A stretch of 64,000 bases of DNA from an uncultured delta proteobacterium (GTDB taxonomy: Bacteria; Desulfobacterota; Syntrophobacteria; Syntrophobacterales; Syntrophobacteraceae): contig CAWEHK010000054.1 of assembly GCA_963808625.1 (NCBI GenBank), positions 30,051-94,050 on the forward strand. Reading direction: 5' to 3'. This document shows, one piece after another, positions 31,809 through 41,624 of this stretch. Made by a program: the position numbers and the translations under genes. Numbering within the stretch: the stretch's first letter is position 1; every line of letters begins with the position of its first letter. Under the pieces are notes generated by a model. The model saw only the letters and a list, made by a program, of their open reading frames with translations. It had not been told where the DNA came from and did no database searches.

Positions 31809-32267
31809 ATTTCGGATGGCGGATTTCGGATTTCGGATGTTAAAATACATGGCTATGCAATCAATTCGGGTGGCTTCGTGGATCTTCGTGTGATTTCGTA
31901 GAAAGCTTCTGGTGGATGGCGGATTTAGAAGTATCGTCGTCCAACTGCAATGGCATATCGTATAGGCTGGACTTAAAACTCTGACCGCGAACTTTGATCA
32001 ACAACTCTTCTCAAAGAACATGAAGAGCACGACGGACCCAAGGGACCCGAAGGAATGCTTTCAGAATAATCTCTCTGCTCTTTTTCGTGATTTTTGTGTC
32101 TTCCGTGGTAAAGAAAAGACGAATCCCTGCACGATTACGATCAAGATAATCCGCGAATGAACACAAAGAAACACCAAGAAGAGATAAGACCATCAACTTC
32201 GTGCATCTTCGTGTCCCTTCGTGGAAAAGAAAATGCAAGTTTATTGACCGTCGGATGAAGGAACCCC

Positions 32268-33152
32268 ATGGATCGGTTCAAGCAACTCGAGACCGAGGTG
32301 GAGGCCCTCAAAGCCGCCGTCTCCACATTGCAGGACGAAGTTGCTGCTCTGCGTGAAGCGCAGCGGGCCAGCCGTCATCCGGTCGAGGCCCTGCTCTGGC
32401 AGCGCGGCCTGCCGGTCATTGCCCACGGGGACCACACGCACACGCTTCTCCCCCGCAGCCTTTCCGCCTCTGGAAAAGAGCGTTTCTACGAGCTCATGCG
32501 CCGCTATTCCTTCAGGCTTTTCCTGAGGGACCTCATCCAGTTTCCCGAGGGCGCGGAGCTCGCGGTCCTGACCCGCTACTGCTCGCTGCGAACGGTGCGA
32601 GCCTACCTCAGGGACCTTGCTGAATTGGGTATTGTCGCCTTTGGCAACGACCGAACCTACCGTCTCATCTCACAGCAGGTCAGCAGCTTTGGCCCGACCT
32701 TGGAATGGTACGTGAGCGAGATTTTCCAGCGCGAGTTCATGGCCCCGGTGCTGTTCAATGTTCGCCTGCAGCACACCCGTTATGGAGGGGATTATGACGT
32801 CATTGCCATGGTCAGCGGACACCTCGTCTATGTGGAGGTAAAATCCTCGCCGCCACGAGGCGTCGAGCTGCCAGCCGTTGCGGCCTTCCTCCACCGGCTT
32901 CGCGACCTCCAGCCGCACATGGCCGTCTTCTTTGTGGATACCGAACTGCGCATGAAGGACAAGATCGTCCCGCTTTTTGGCGAAGCGCTGGCCGCCGGTA
33001 ACGCGCCCCCGGAATCGTGCCCGGTGACGCGCCTGATCAATGAAATTTTTCATATCCAGCACACCATTTATCTGGTGAACAGCAGGAAAGGGATCACCAC
33101 CAACCTGCGCTATTGCTTCCGCGATTTTCTCCGGACGCGGAAGATCGGTTGA
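32268..33152 (+). CDS. Hypothetical protein with wHTH and PD-(D/E)xK nuclease-like domains
   Basis: FGPTLEWYV...GGDYDVIA...YVEVKS pattern. Confidence 0.65.
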   Translation: MDRFKQLETEVEALKAAVSTLQDEVAALREAQRASRHPVEALLWQRGLPVIAHGDHTHTLLPRSLSASGKERFYELMRRYSFRLFLRDLIQFPEGAELAVLTRYCSLRTVRAYLRDLAELGIVAFGNDRTYRLISQQVSSFGPTLEWYVSEIFQREFMAPVLFNVRLQHTRYGGDYDVIAMVSGHLVYVEVKSSPPRGVELPAVAAFLHRLRDLQPHMAVFFVDTELRMKDKIVPLFGEALAAGNAPPESCPVTRLINEIFHIQHTIYLVNSRKGITTNLRYCFRDFLRTRKIG

Positions 33153-33277
33153 TAGTTGATGGTTTGTGGTTCGTGGTCGGAGACTGGCCACCAGCCACTA
33201 ATGGCCGTGGCAAAAGGAGGGCGGGTTTTCCAACCCGCCTGCCCGGCGTTGCAGGAAAACGCGGAGGAGGTGCTGCT

Positions 33278-34834
33278 TTGACTGAGGAAAATGCCTGGAA
33301 AATTCTCTTGATTGATGACGACCCGGGGATTCGCAAAGTGATGGCCATCACCCTGGCAGATTCCGGCTATGAGGTGGTGACCGCTCCGGATGGGGAAACC
33401 GGCCTCCAATTGTTCCAGGCGGAAGCGCCTCAAATCGTCATCACCGACATCCGCATGCCGGGCATGGATGGCATTGAGGTTTTGAGGAGGATCAAAGGCC
33501 TGGACCCCGCCGGAGAAGTGATTGTAGCGACCGCCTTCAGTGATCTGAAATTGGCCATTGAAGCGCTGCAACTGGATGCTTCCGACTTCATCACCAAACC
33601 CATCGATGATGACGCGCTCACGGTAGCCCTCAAGCGCGCACGGGAACGCTACACCACCCGCAAGGAGCTGAATGACTACACCGCACTCATCGAAGAGAGA
33701 TGGATGAGCACGGCGGAAGAACTGGCGAAGACCTTTCATTTCCAGCAGATGCTTATCGAGAGCTCCATTGACGGCATCACCGCCTGCGATCGCGAAGGTA
33801 AGATCGTCATCTTCAACCGGACGATGGCGGAGATGCTGGGCTATACCAGGGAAGAAGCGGTGGGGAAGAAGTATCTCAACGACTTTTTCGCCCCGGGAGA
33901 GGCGGAAGAGTTCGCAGCCAAGATGGCTTCGGAGGAATTTGGCGGGACGGACCGGCTCTTCCTCTATGAAACCATCCTTGTGGACCGCAAAGGTGACAAG
34001 GTTCCGGCTCAGGTCTCGGCGGTGACGCTCGTTGAGGAAAGCCGGAATTTTGGCATTGTGGGGTTTTTTCGAGACCTGACGAGCATCAGAAAGCTGACCC
34101 AGCAGTTTGCCGACCAGGCCCGGATGCTGCACCAGGATAAAATGGTATCACTGGGCCGACTGGCGGCCAGCGTCGTTCACGAAATCAATAACCCCCTCTC
34201 CGGGCTGCTCAATTACGCCCGCCTCATGCTCAAGATCATCGGCAGGGGACCGTTGAACCAGGAATCCACGCAAAAGTTCCATGGCTACCTTTCCCTTATG
34301 GAAGGAGAACTGAGCCGATGTTCCTCCATCGTCTCGAACCTCCTTTCCTTTTCCCGCAAGTCCAAACTCGAGTTCAACGAAGTCAATGTCAACGATCTCC
34401 TGGCGAAATGCCTCATGCTGAGCGAGCACAAGCTCGGTCTTCAGCACATCAAGATCCAAACCCGATTGCCGGCCCAACCGCCAACGGTGCTGGGTGACTT
34501 CAATCAACTTCAGCAATGCATCATCAATCTCATCTTCAACGCGATCGATGCCATGCCTGAGGGCGGGGTCCTCACCATCGAGTGCCTCCTGGACTCTCCG
34601 CAGAAACTCGTTATCGTGCAAATCCACGACACCGGTCACGGGATTGACAAGAAGGACCTGCCGCATATTTTCGATCCCTTTTTCACCACCAAGACCGAAG
34701 GAAAGGGATTGGGACTCGGGCTCTCAACGGTTTATGGCATCATCGACCGGCACAAAGGCACGATCACCGTTGAAAGCCAGCCCGAGAAGGGAGCGACCTT
34801 CACGATCAAGCTGCCCATGGGCGGCAAAGGGTGA
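33278..34834 (+). CDS. Hybrid REC-PAS-histidine kinase
   Basis: GGAGG RBS with TTG start; ILLIDDD, PAS, HEINNPL and FDPFFTTK. Confidence 0.92.
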   Translation: MTEENAWKILLIDDDPGIRKVMAITLADSGYEVVTAPDGETGLQLFQAEAPQIVITDIRMPGMDGIEVLRRIKGLDPAGEVIVATAFSDLKLAIEALQLDASDFITKPIDDDALTVALKRARERYTTRKELNDYTALIEERWMSTAEELAKTFHFQQMLIESSIDGITACDREGKIVIFNRTMAEMLGYTREEAVGKKYLNDFFAPGEAEEFAAKMASEEFGGTDRLFLYETILVDRKGDKVPAQVSAVTLVEESRNFGIVGFFRDLTSIRKLTQQFADQARMLHQDKMVSLGRLAASVVHEINNPLSGLLNYARLMLKIIGRGPLNQESTQKFHGYLSLMEGELSRCSSIVSNLLSFSRKSKLEFNEVNVNDLLAKCLMLSEHKLGLQHIKIQTRLPAQPPTVLGDFNQLQQCIINLIFNAIDAMPEGGVLTIECLLDSPQKLVIVQIHDTGHGIDKKDLPHIFDPFFTTKTEGKGLGLGLSTVYGIIDRHKGTITVESQPEKGATFTIKLPMGGKG

Positions 34835-34946
34835 GGATACCGATAGACTTGCCCACAGCAGCTTGTTGGCTTCGTGCGCCTGCTCGCTGTCTATCTTCTC
34901 TTCAAATAGGACTTCAGATCACGATAGTAATTTTTATGGGGACCGA

Positions 34947-35180
34947 TCATGATGAGCTCGAGATCTTCTCCAATGATTCGGTATGATAACATGATAACAG
35001 ATACAAGCTGTTTTGGATCTTGAACTTATGCACAAAAATTCCCCTCAAATCACCTTTCTTCTCAGAACCGATCGCTGGGTTTTGGATAATTTTCTTGATT
35101 TCATTATCCAATTCCAGTTTTTGCTGCTTTTCGAATTTCTTAATTGTTCTCGCAAAGGAACCTGATTGAAAGACTCTCAT
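34947..35180 (-). CDS. RelE/ParE-family toxin (C-terminus possibly truncated)
   Basis: NPAIGSEKKGDLRGIFVHKFK; adjacent to a ParD-like antitoxin. Confidence 0.75.
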   Translation of the reverse strand: MRVFQSGSFARTIKKFEKQQKLELDNEIKKIIQNPAIGSEKKGDLRGIFVHKFKIQNSLYLLSCYHTESLEKISSSS

Positions 35181-35187
35181 GCTTCTC

Positions 35188-35406
35188 TCAATCGAATTCG
35201 TATGGTGTTTTCTCGCCCTGATCCAGCTCCACAATTCCTATTAGAATTTCTTTTATCAAATCATAGGTGAGATCAGGGTTTTCCTCTGCACACTTGCCAA
35301 CTCTCGCCCAATGCTCGATCTGTCCTGTCAGTGATCGGTGGTCAATCCTGCTGAATTTCTTGGCTTCATTAAGCAATTCGTCCGAAATCCTTACCGCAGT
35401 CGGCAT
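35188..35406 (-). CDS. ParD-like antitoxin
   Basis: AVRISDELL..AK....HRSLTGQIEHWARVGK..EENPDL. Confidence 0.85.
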   Translation of the reverse strand: MPTAVRISDELLNEAKKFSRIDHRSLTGQIEHWARVGKCAEENPDLTYDLIKEILIGIVELDQGEKTPYEFD

Positions 35407-35619
35407 CCTGATACCTCCGTGTTCGCTGTTATGCTTGTGTGCAGTCTAGAGCATTTCATAGCAAAATACAATGCTCTGAATTTACAATACTGAGTTGTCG
35501 GCCGGCTGTCGTTGCGCGTCCGGTTCATGCGCTTGCCTGGCCATCATCCTGGGAAGGGCTTGCAAATTCCTGGTACGAGAACTCTTGAAGCCGTGCGTTG
35601 GTGGGTGGATGCTCATGGT

Positions 35620-35832
35620 CATGCTCACCAGGATTCCCTCGGGCGCTTCGAACCGGTTGCCTGGTGGAACGCACTGTTCATCGAGCTTTATCAGCGTGTC
35701 GAGAAGATCGAGCCTTCGGGTGGCAATTCCCGATAACGGCTTTGGGCAGGCTTTGCGTGCCGCCTTCATGATCCTGCCGTTGAAAACGTCTTCCGTGCCC
35801 TCATTCTTTAACGCAACAATCATATCAATCAA
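35620..35832 (-). pseudogene. higB: HigB (plasmid-maintenance killer) toxin fragment
   Basis: KNEGTEDVFNG...RRLDLLD...VPPGNRFEA, after which similarity is lost; no higA partner. Confidence 0.65.
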
Positions 35833-36333
35833 ACAGCAGGGGTGTCATGACAACCTCGAAAGTGGCAGGGAAAGAAAGGTCGTCAACTCCCAGGGTGTGC
35901 TCAGCTCAGCCTTGCACATGCCCTGACTGAAACACGATTGTTCTTCAAGCTCCTGATTGCCACTGCTGCCGTGGAACTCTGGGCTTCCATCAGGGCAGCA
36001 TTTGTCCTCTGCCGTACTCGACATCGTGTGCCGTCTCAGCCTGGCCGCCAATTCCCCGGAGATCGGCAGGAATATCGCAGAAACGGCCGCGGCTTGGAAA
36101 AGCGCCGCCTGGGACGCCGACCCAAGAGCAAAGAACCAACCCCGCTACCACCAGGACCGGAACCCCGCACAGACAGCAAGGGCGCAACTCTTCTGTTAAG
36201 TTACCGGGATTAGGCCCGGCCCAGTCCGCCGTCCGCGAGCTCAATGAGTCCGAGTCCGGGCTAGTCGGATAGATCAGGCGCGATCCTGGCGACATCATTC
36301 TTACCTATCCTATAAGAAAATATGACCTTGAAT

Positions 36334-37659
36334 CAGTGATGTCCGGTTAAGAAATTGCATATGATAAGGTGTAAAAAATGTCAAAAAACAACAGGTTGAG
36401 TAACTTTTTTACTTGACATTTCAATTAAGGTGTGGGTCGCGGCCATTTTCGGAAAATCCTATATTTCTAAGGAGTTACGAAAATGCCGAAGACATTCCAC
36501 CCTTACGACCGTAAGTACGCTGCGCCGAGTTTTGATGAGCTCTTCAAACCAACTGAAATCACCCTTGCTACTGCTAATCCCCTGGTGGCAAGAGGGAACC
36601 GACCCTTGCAGATGAACTTCGAACAACAACTCAAAGCATTGGTTTACTTTCATCTCGAGGAACACACCTCTGGGCGGCATCTAATCCAGGCTCTTGAAGA
36701 GGATGACTTCGCCCGCAATCACATTGCGCCTCCCGATGGCATCCACAAGAGCAGTTTTTTCGAGGCCATTAACAATCGCGGTCTTGAACAGCTTGGTCAC
36801 GTGTACCAGCAACTTCAGAACCAAGCCTCTAATGTTTTACCCGCCCAGCACACCGAACTTGGTGAACTGGTGGGCATTGACGGCTCGCTCATCCAGGCTG
36901 TCCTCTCTATGTACTGGGCTGACTACCGGGACGGTTCAAAGAAAGCTAAAGTCCATGTTGGCTTTGACATCAATCGTGGTATTCCCTCCAAAATCTTTCT
37001 CACTGAAGGTAAGGAGGGTGAGCGCCCCTTTGTTGCCATGATCCTCTCACCTGGCCAGACTGGTGTCATGGACCGGGGCTATCAGTGCCACAAAAGCTTT
37101 GATCAATGGCAAACCGACGGCAAGCACTTTGTCTGCCGTATCAAGGCAAATACCAAGAAAACTTGCATTCAAATGAACTCGGTCCCAACCAACAGCATCG
37201 TCTTCTACGATGCTATCGTTCTGCTCGGGACTCCAGGTATTAACCAGACACAAAAGCAAGTTCGCCTTGTTGGATACCGTGTCGATAACGTAGACTACTG
37301 GGTGGCTACCGATCGCCATGATCTCTTTGCCGAGCAGATCGCTTTTATCTATAAACTGCGCTGGCAAATCGAGAAGTTTTTTGCCTGGTGGAAACGTCAC
37401 CTGAAGGTCTATCACCTTATTGCAAGGACAGAGTACGGGTTGATGGTGCAGATTCTCTCCGGACTTATTACCTACCTGCTGCTAGCCATCTATTGCCATA
37501 ATCACTACCAGGAAAAGGTCAGCATCAAGCGAGTAAGAGAGCTCCGCATAAGAATCCAGAACGAGCTTCGCGATTCCCAACAAAAACCTCCGATTCCTTC
37601 GGATTTCAAAGAGCAGCGAGGAGACAGCTTAATTGCAAAAACCTAACCGGACACCACTG
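36334..37659 (+). mobile_element. IS4-family insertion sequence, 1326 bp
   Basis: 16-bp TIRs CAGTGATGTCCGGTTA / TAACCGGACACCACTG (1 mismatch) and a 9-bp target duplication ACCTTGAAT (36325-36333 and 37660-37668). Confidence 0.92.
36483..37646 (+). CDS. IS4-family DDE transposase
   Basis: IDGS, MDRGY and YKLRWQIEKFF (YREK signature). Confidence 0.93.
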   Translation: MPKTFHPYDRKYAAPSFDELFKPTEITLATANPLVARGNRPLQMNFEQQLKALVYFHLEEHTSGRHLIQALEEDDFARNHIAPPDGIHKSSFFEAINNRGLEQLGHVYQQLQNQASNVLPAQHTELGELVGIDGSLIQAVLSMYWADYRDGSKKAKVHVGFDINRGIPSKIFLTEGKEGERPFVAMILSPGQTGVMDRGYQCHKSFDQWQTDGKHFVCRIKANTKKTCIQMNSVPTNSIVFYDAIVLLGTPGINQTQKQVRLVGYRVDNVDYWVATDRHDLFAEQIAFIYKLRWQIEKFFAWWKRHLKVYHLIARTEYGLMVQILSGLITYLLLAIYCHNHYQEKVSIKRVRELRIRIQNELRDSQQKPPIPSDFKEQRGDSLIAKT

Positions 37660-38870
37660 ACCTTGAATATTTCATCAGGTTTGTTTGCCGGTCTATAGTA
37701 CACGAAAAATCTCCAATTCAGTTTTTCTTTGCCTGCGTCTATGGCGCTAAGATAATCACTCAAAGTGATTGGGCTATCCTTCTTCATCCCGATACGCACC
37801 GTTTGAGTTCTCCAAGCGAAGGCACCGGGATCGACCGTTTCAATTATATCAAACCCATTTTCAGTTAGCATTGCACCTGAATCGCCCATATTTGCCGCTC
37901 TAACCAGTATTTTAACTTCCACGTAGTTCTCTATGGTATTCGCGTCGATATAATAGCCGGTTGCCTTCCATCGCCTAGGCGTTATCTCAAGAAAAGGATA
38001 CCCCACTTTTGGCACCCTCTGTATTTCCGGTGTTTGGTAAATTAACTTGCCACTCGGATCAATCATAGCAGCTACTGAACCATCAGTCTCGGCAAACCAT
38101 GTATGTTCATTTGATGCAGTTATTTTTAGATGGCTAGGTATTCTGGAGGTGTCAAAGGATATTACCTTATCAATTAAATCCTGATAGGCATGGTCCTTTT
38201 TCGATTGTTCCAGCGTTACAATCTCGTTCTGTTTGGTGAATATGTACTCCTCCCTGGAAAATTCTTCCATGTCGGACTGACGGTGATAAATTATTCTAAT
38301 ATGGTAAACGCCAATCAGGTGATCTCCATCTACGCCGATCCACGATTGCCTGTATTGACTAAAAGGGTCCAGTTCTTTTATCGAGATCAAGTGGTTAAAT
38401 CCACCATGACCGCTACCAATGGCTTGAACAATTTCCCTCTTTTCTTCATCATACATATATAGTCCAACGTCACATATTACTGAAACGGCCTTTATCGGAC
38501 CTTCGTTCTTTATTACAATGTCAGGATTCTTTTTGTCTCTAAATGTTTTGCCATCTTCAGTCTTAATAGGATATTCCACGTAGCATGAAATTCCTGGCGT
38601 GACATGTTGGTGATGAAGTTTCTTTGACTCCGTATCATTATACCAATTCCATATCCAGGTCGATGACAAAGCAAGAAAACTCACAAGTACGCCGATAGCT
38701 GCCACATTATAATCTGTCTTCTTGATGGCCAGAAATGCCAGAAATCCCCCCAAAACGGCTATGATGATTACCCACGGCGATACTGCCAGGAAATATTTAT
38801 CAGCCACAATGAATAAGACAAAGGAAAGAACTAATATGCTAAAAAATATACAGATTGTTTGCAAACTCAT
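37629..38870 (-). CDS. Low-GC membrane-anchored hypothetical protein, C-terminus cut by IS4
   Basis: Three N-terminal hydrophobic helices. The reading frame resumes on the other side of the IS and ends at stop 36261. Confidence 0.7.
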   Translation of the reverse strand: MSLQTICIFFSILVLSFVLFIVADKYFLAVSPWVIIIAVLGGFLAFLAIKKTDYNVAAIGVLVSFLALSSTWIWNWYNDTESKKLHHQHVTPGISCYVEYPIKTEDGKTFRDKKNPDIVIKNEGPIKAVSVICDVGLYMYDEEKREIVQAIGSGHGGFNHLISIKELDPFSQYRQSWIGVDGDHLIGVYHIRIIYHRQSDMEEFSREEYIFTKQNEIVTLEQSKKDHAYQDLIDKVISFDTSRIPSHLKITASNEHTWFAETDGSVAAMIDPSGKLIYQTPEIQRVPKVGYPFLEITPRRWKATGYYIDANTIENYVEVKILVRAANMGDSGAMLTENGFDIIETVDPGAFAWRTQTVRIGMKKDSPITLSDYLSAIDAGKEKLNWRFFVYYRPANKPDEIFKVSGVRLGFCN

Positions 38871-39343
38871 TACTATCTCCAGCGGGTTTCTGTTTCGATT
38901 TCTGAGGCAGGCCCGTTAATGAAAATCGCGTAGCTGGGACGGTAGAGGCAGGCCTGTCAGCCATTTCGAATTGACAGAGCAAAGAAAACAATCGAACAAT
39001 GCCTCCAAGAGCTGATCGACGACAAGAATAACTTTGTGGCTTCAATCAGTTGTCCGCCGGGAGATCCCAAGCATCCTGCCCAGCGGACATTGGAGTCAGT
39101 AGTTCGAAAGGTTGTGCGTTGCGAGTTCCGGGTTGCGGGTTAAATGAGTAGCGCCGTTTGTTCAGGTCGCAGTCCCTTCGGGTGTCATCAAGAGAAATGA
39201 GGCTGCGGAACACCTTTAAGGATTGTCCTCCGCCGCGGACAAACGTCTCTGCGCTTCAACACAACTGACAGGGGTACCGTGCAGTTTCAAACTGTCGCAT
39301 TGCCGAAAGAGCATCGGCGCCAACGCGTGAGAGTCCGTGCCTG

Positions 39344-39736
39344 CTAAGGCAAGATTCTTTTGATGACCTGCAGAAGTTCCTCAGCTTCGGGTGGTTTCTC
39401 GATGTAGGCCGCCGGCTCCTCGATCTGGCCCCCTTCGTACTCGTCGAGGACTTTCTGGGAGTGGAAGAAGGTCTTCTTGGCAAGAGCTGAAACCATGATT
39501 ACGGGGATGGCTTTCAGCTCAGGGTCCTTCTTTAATTCACGATACATGAAGATGCCGCTTTCTTTGGGCATCATGACGTCGAGGATGATCAAGGCAGGTT
39601 TTTTACTGCGGGCCATCTCCAGCCCCTGCTTGCCGTCTTCTGCTGCAATCGGCTTATAACCGCTGGTCTCCAGCAAGGTTGTCATGAACACTCTTATATC
39701 TTGCTCGTCATCCACCACAAGGACCTTCTTAGACAT
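39344..39736 (-). CDS. Single-domain response regulator
   Basis: VLVVDDE, LDVMMP and YIEKP. Confidence 0.92.
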   Translation of the reverse strand: MSKKVLVVDDEQDIRVFMTTLLETSGYKPIAAEDGKQGLEMARSKKPALIILDVMMPKESGIFMYRELKKDPELKAIPVIMVSALAKKTFFHSQKVLDEYEGGQIEEPAAYIEKPPEAEELLQVIKRILP

Positions 39737-39926
39737 CGTCTTATTCCTCCTGGGATTGCTTACATCTCTTAGCCGTCACCTTCGTGCAACGGTGCTTGTC
39801 ATAACGGCGGAAGCCAGTATCCAGCCCAGTGCTCTCTCTTCTGGATTCCGGCTTTCGCCGGAATGACGTTGATCTGCTGAGAAAATCGCTCAGATGAGGT
39901 CTCAGCAAGGGAATGGGCCGCTCTGC

Positions 39927-40427
39927 CTAATACATCTTATCCGGTAACGTGAACTGCTTGGCCGGGTTCCTTATGGCCATGACATGACAGTGGGCGTATT
40001 TGGAAACATTAGCCACCGTGCTCCCATGCTCGATCCTGTCCAATTCGGATTTGCCCAGGGCCCCCATCACGATCACATCGACGTCGTGCTGTCTGGCATA
40101 GCGCAGGATCTCGATGTCGGGCGCACCACAGCGGATGACAAAAAGATAATCCGTAAAATCCCCAAAGCGCTTCTCGTAAGTTTCCCGCAAATACTTTTCC
40201 GCTTGTTGTTCGATGTCCTTGTCGAAAAAGGCTTCCCCCTCCGGGGACTTCTCCTGAGAAACATGTTGATCGACCACATCCCGCCGATACCTGGAAGGAG
40301 AATGGGGTACATGCAGGATATGCAGCCTTGCTCCATACTTTTTGGCGAGACTGAAGGCATGCATGAACGCGATATTGGCATCCTCGGAAAAGTCCGTACA
40401 AAACAGGATGTTCTTGTAATCCAACAT
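39927..40427 (-). CDS. Universal stress protein
   Basis: YKNILFCTDFSE...DVIVMGA..GSTVANV. Confidence 0.9.
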   Translation of the reverse strand: MLDYKNILFCTDFSEDANIAFMHAFSLAKKYGARLHILHVPHSPSRYRRDVVDQHVSQEKSPEGEAFFDKDIEQQAEKYLRETYEKRFGDFTDYLFVIRCGAPDIEILRYARQHDVDVIVMGALGKSELDRIEHGSTVANVSKYAHCHVMAIRNPAKQFTLPDKMY

Positions 40428-40463
40428 ATCTTTCCCCTTCCTGCTTGAATAAAAGATAATGTT

Positions 40464-41624
40464 TTAGTGGACCTTGGAGGCGGCAAGGTCATATCTCTTG
40501 GGCAGCCTGATGAAAAAGGCCGTCCCTTTGCCCTTTTCCGATGCCAGCTCGATCTCACCGCCATGTTCGGTGATGAGCTTCCTGGTGATCATCAGACCCA
40601 GGCCCGTCCCCCGGCTCCCCTTCGTGCTGAAGAAATTGTTGAAGACCTTCTCCCTGGTCGCTTCATCCATCCCGCAGCCGTTGTCGACGACCTGGTATTC
40701 CACGGCCCACCCGTTAACCTTGAGAGAGCGCAGAACAATCTCCAGGGATTTGTTTACGCATTCGAGATCGAGGCACGCATCGAGAGCATTGGTCACGAGG
40801 TTTAGCAGGCACGAGCAGATACCATCCGGGTCCAATAGTGTATAATCCAAATCGGATGTCAGTTCCATCTTTAAAGTGACACCGCAGCCCTCGGCCCGAG
40901 AAAACATGAGGTGAAAAACTTCCTTCACCGGCTGATTGGGGTCAGCCAGCTGGAATTCCGGCTCCCTGTCTTTGGCGTAGTTCAGCAGGTCCAGGGCGAG
41001 GTTCTTGATCTTGGCGACATTGCCCTTGAGCATCTCCCAGCCTTGCTCGAAGTATTGCTCGTTGTGCAGTTCCCTCCCCTTCTCGAGGACAAACATGCCC
41101 CCGGTCAGCCCGCCAATAATGTTCTTGATGGCGTGAGCGAGCGTGGCCACGGTTTGACCGATGGCCGCCAGCCTCTCCGCTTGCAGCAGTTGCTGGGTCT
41201 TTTCCAGGACGAGGGCTTCGAGCCCTTCGGTATACTCGCAGAGCTTCTGCCGCATCCACATCCGGTCGTGGGCTCTTTTCAGCGCGATCTCGAGAGCTTC
41301 CTCACTGATCGGTTTGGTGATGAAATCGGCGGCTTCAAACTGCAGACTCCTGATGGCAAGGTCGAGATCGCCGTGCCCGGTGAGCATAATGACTTCGGTA
41401 TCGGCGCTTTCCCGTTTGATCCTCTGCAGCAGCTCGATGCCGTCCATTCCCGGCATCTTGATATCGGTCAGAACGATGTCCGGCTTTTTCGCCCGGAAGA
41501 TGCCGAGCGCTTCCTCGCCGTTCGCCGCCGTCAGCACCTCGTAGCCGACGTCCTGCAAAGATATCCCGAGGACCTTGCGGATGCCCTCTTCATCATCGAC
41601 GAGCAGAATCGTTTCCACCATCAT
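40464..41624 (-). CDS. Hybrid REC-histidine kinase
   Basis: ILLVDDE, AHAIKN, DNGCGMD and GTGLGL. Confidence 0.92.
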   Translation of the reverse strand: MMVETILLVDDEEGIRKVLGISLQDVGYEVLTAANGEEALGIFRAKKPDIVLTDIKMPGMDGIELLQRIKRESADTEVIMLTGHGDLDLAIRSLQFEAADFITKPISEEALEIALKRAHDRMWMRQKLCEYTEGLEALVLEKTQQLLQAERLAAIGQTVATLAHAIKNIIGGLTGGMFVLEKGRELHNEQYFEQGWEMLKGNVAKIKNLALDLLNYAKDREPEFQLADPNQPVKEVFHLMFSRAEGCGVTLKMELTSDLDYTLLDPDGICSCLLNLVTNALDACLDLECVNKSLEIVLRSLKVNGWAVEYQVVDNGCGMDEATREKVFNNFFSTKGSRGTGLGLMITRKLITEHGGEIELASEKGKGTAFFIRLPKRYDLAASKVH

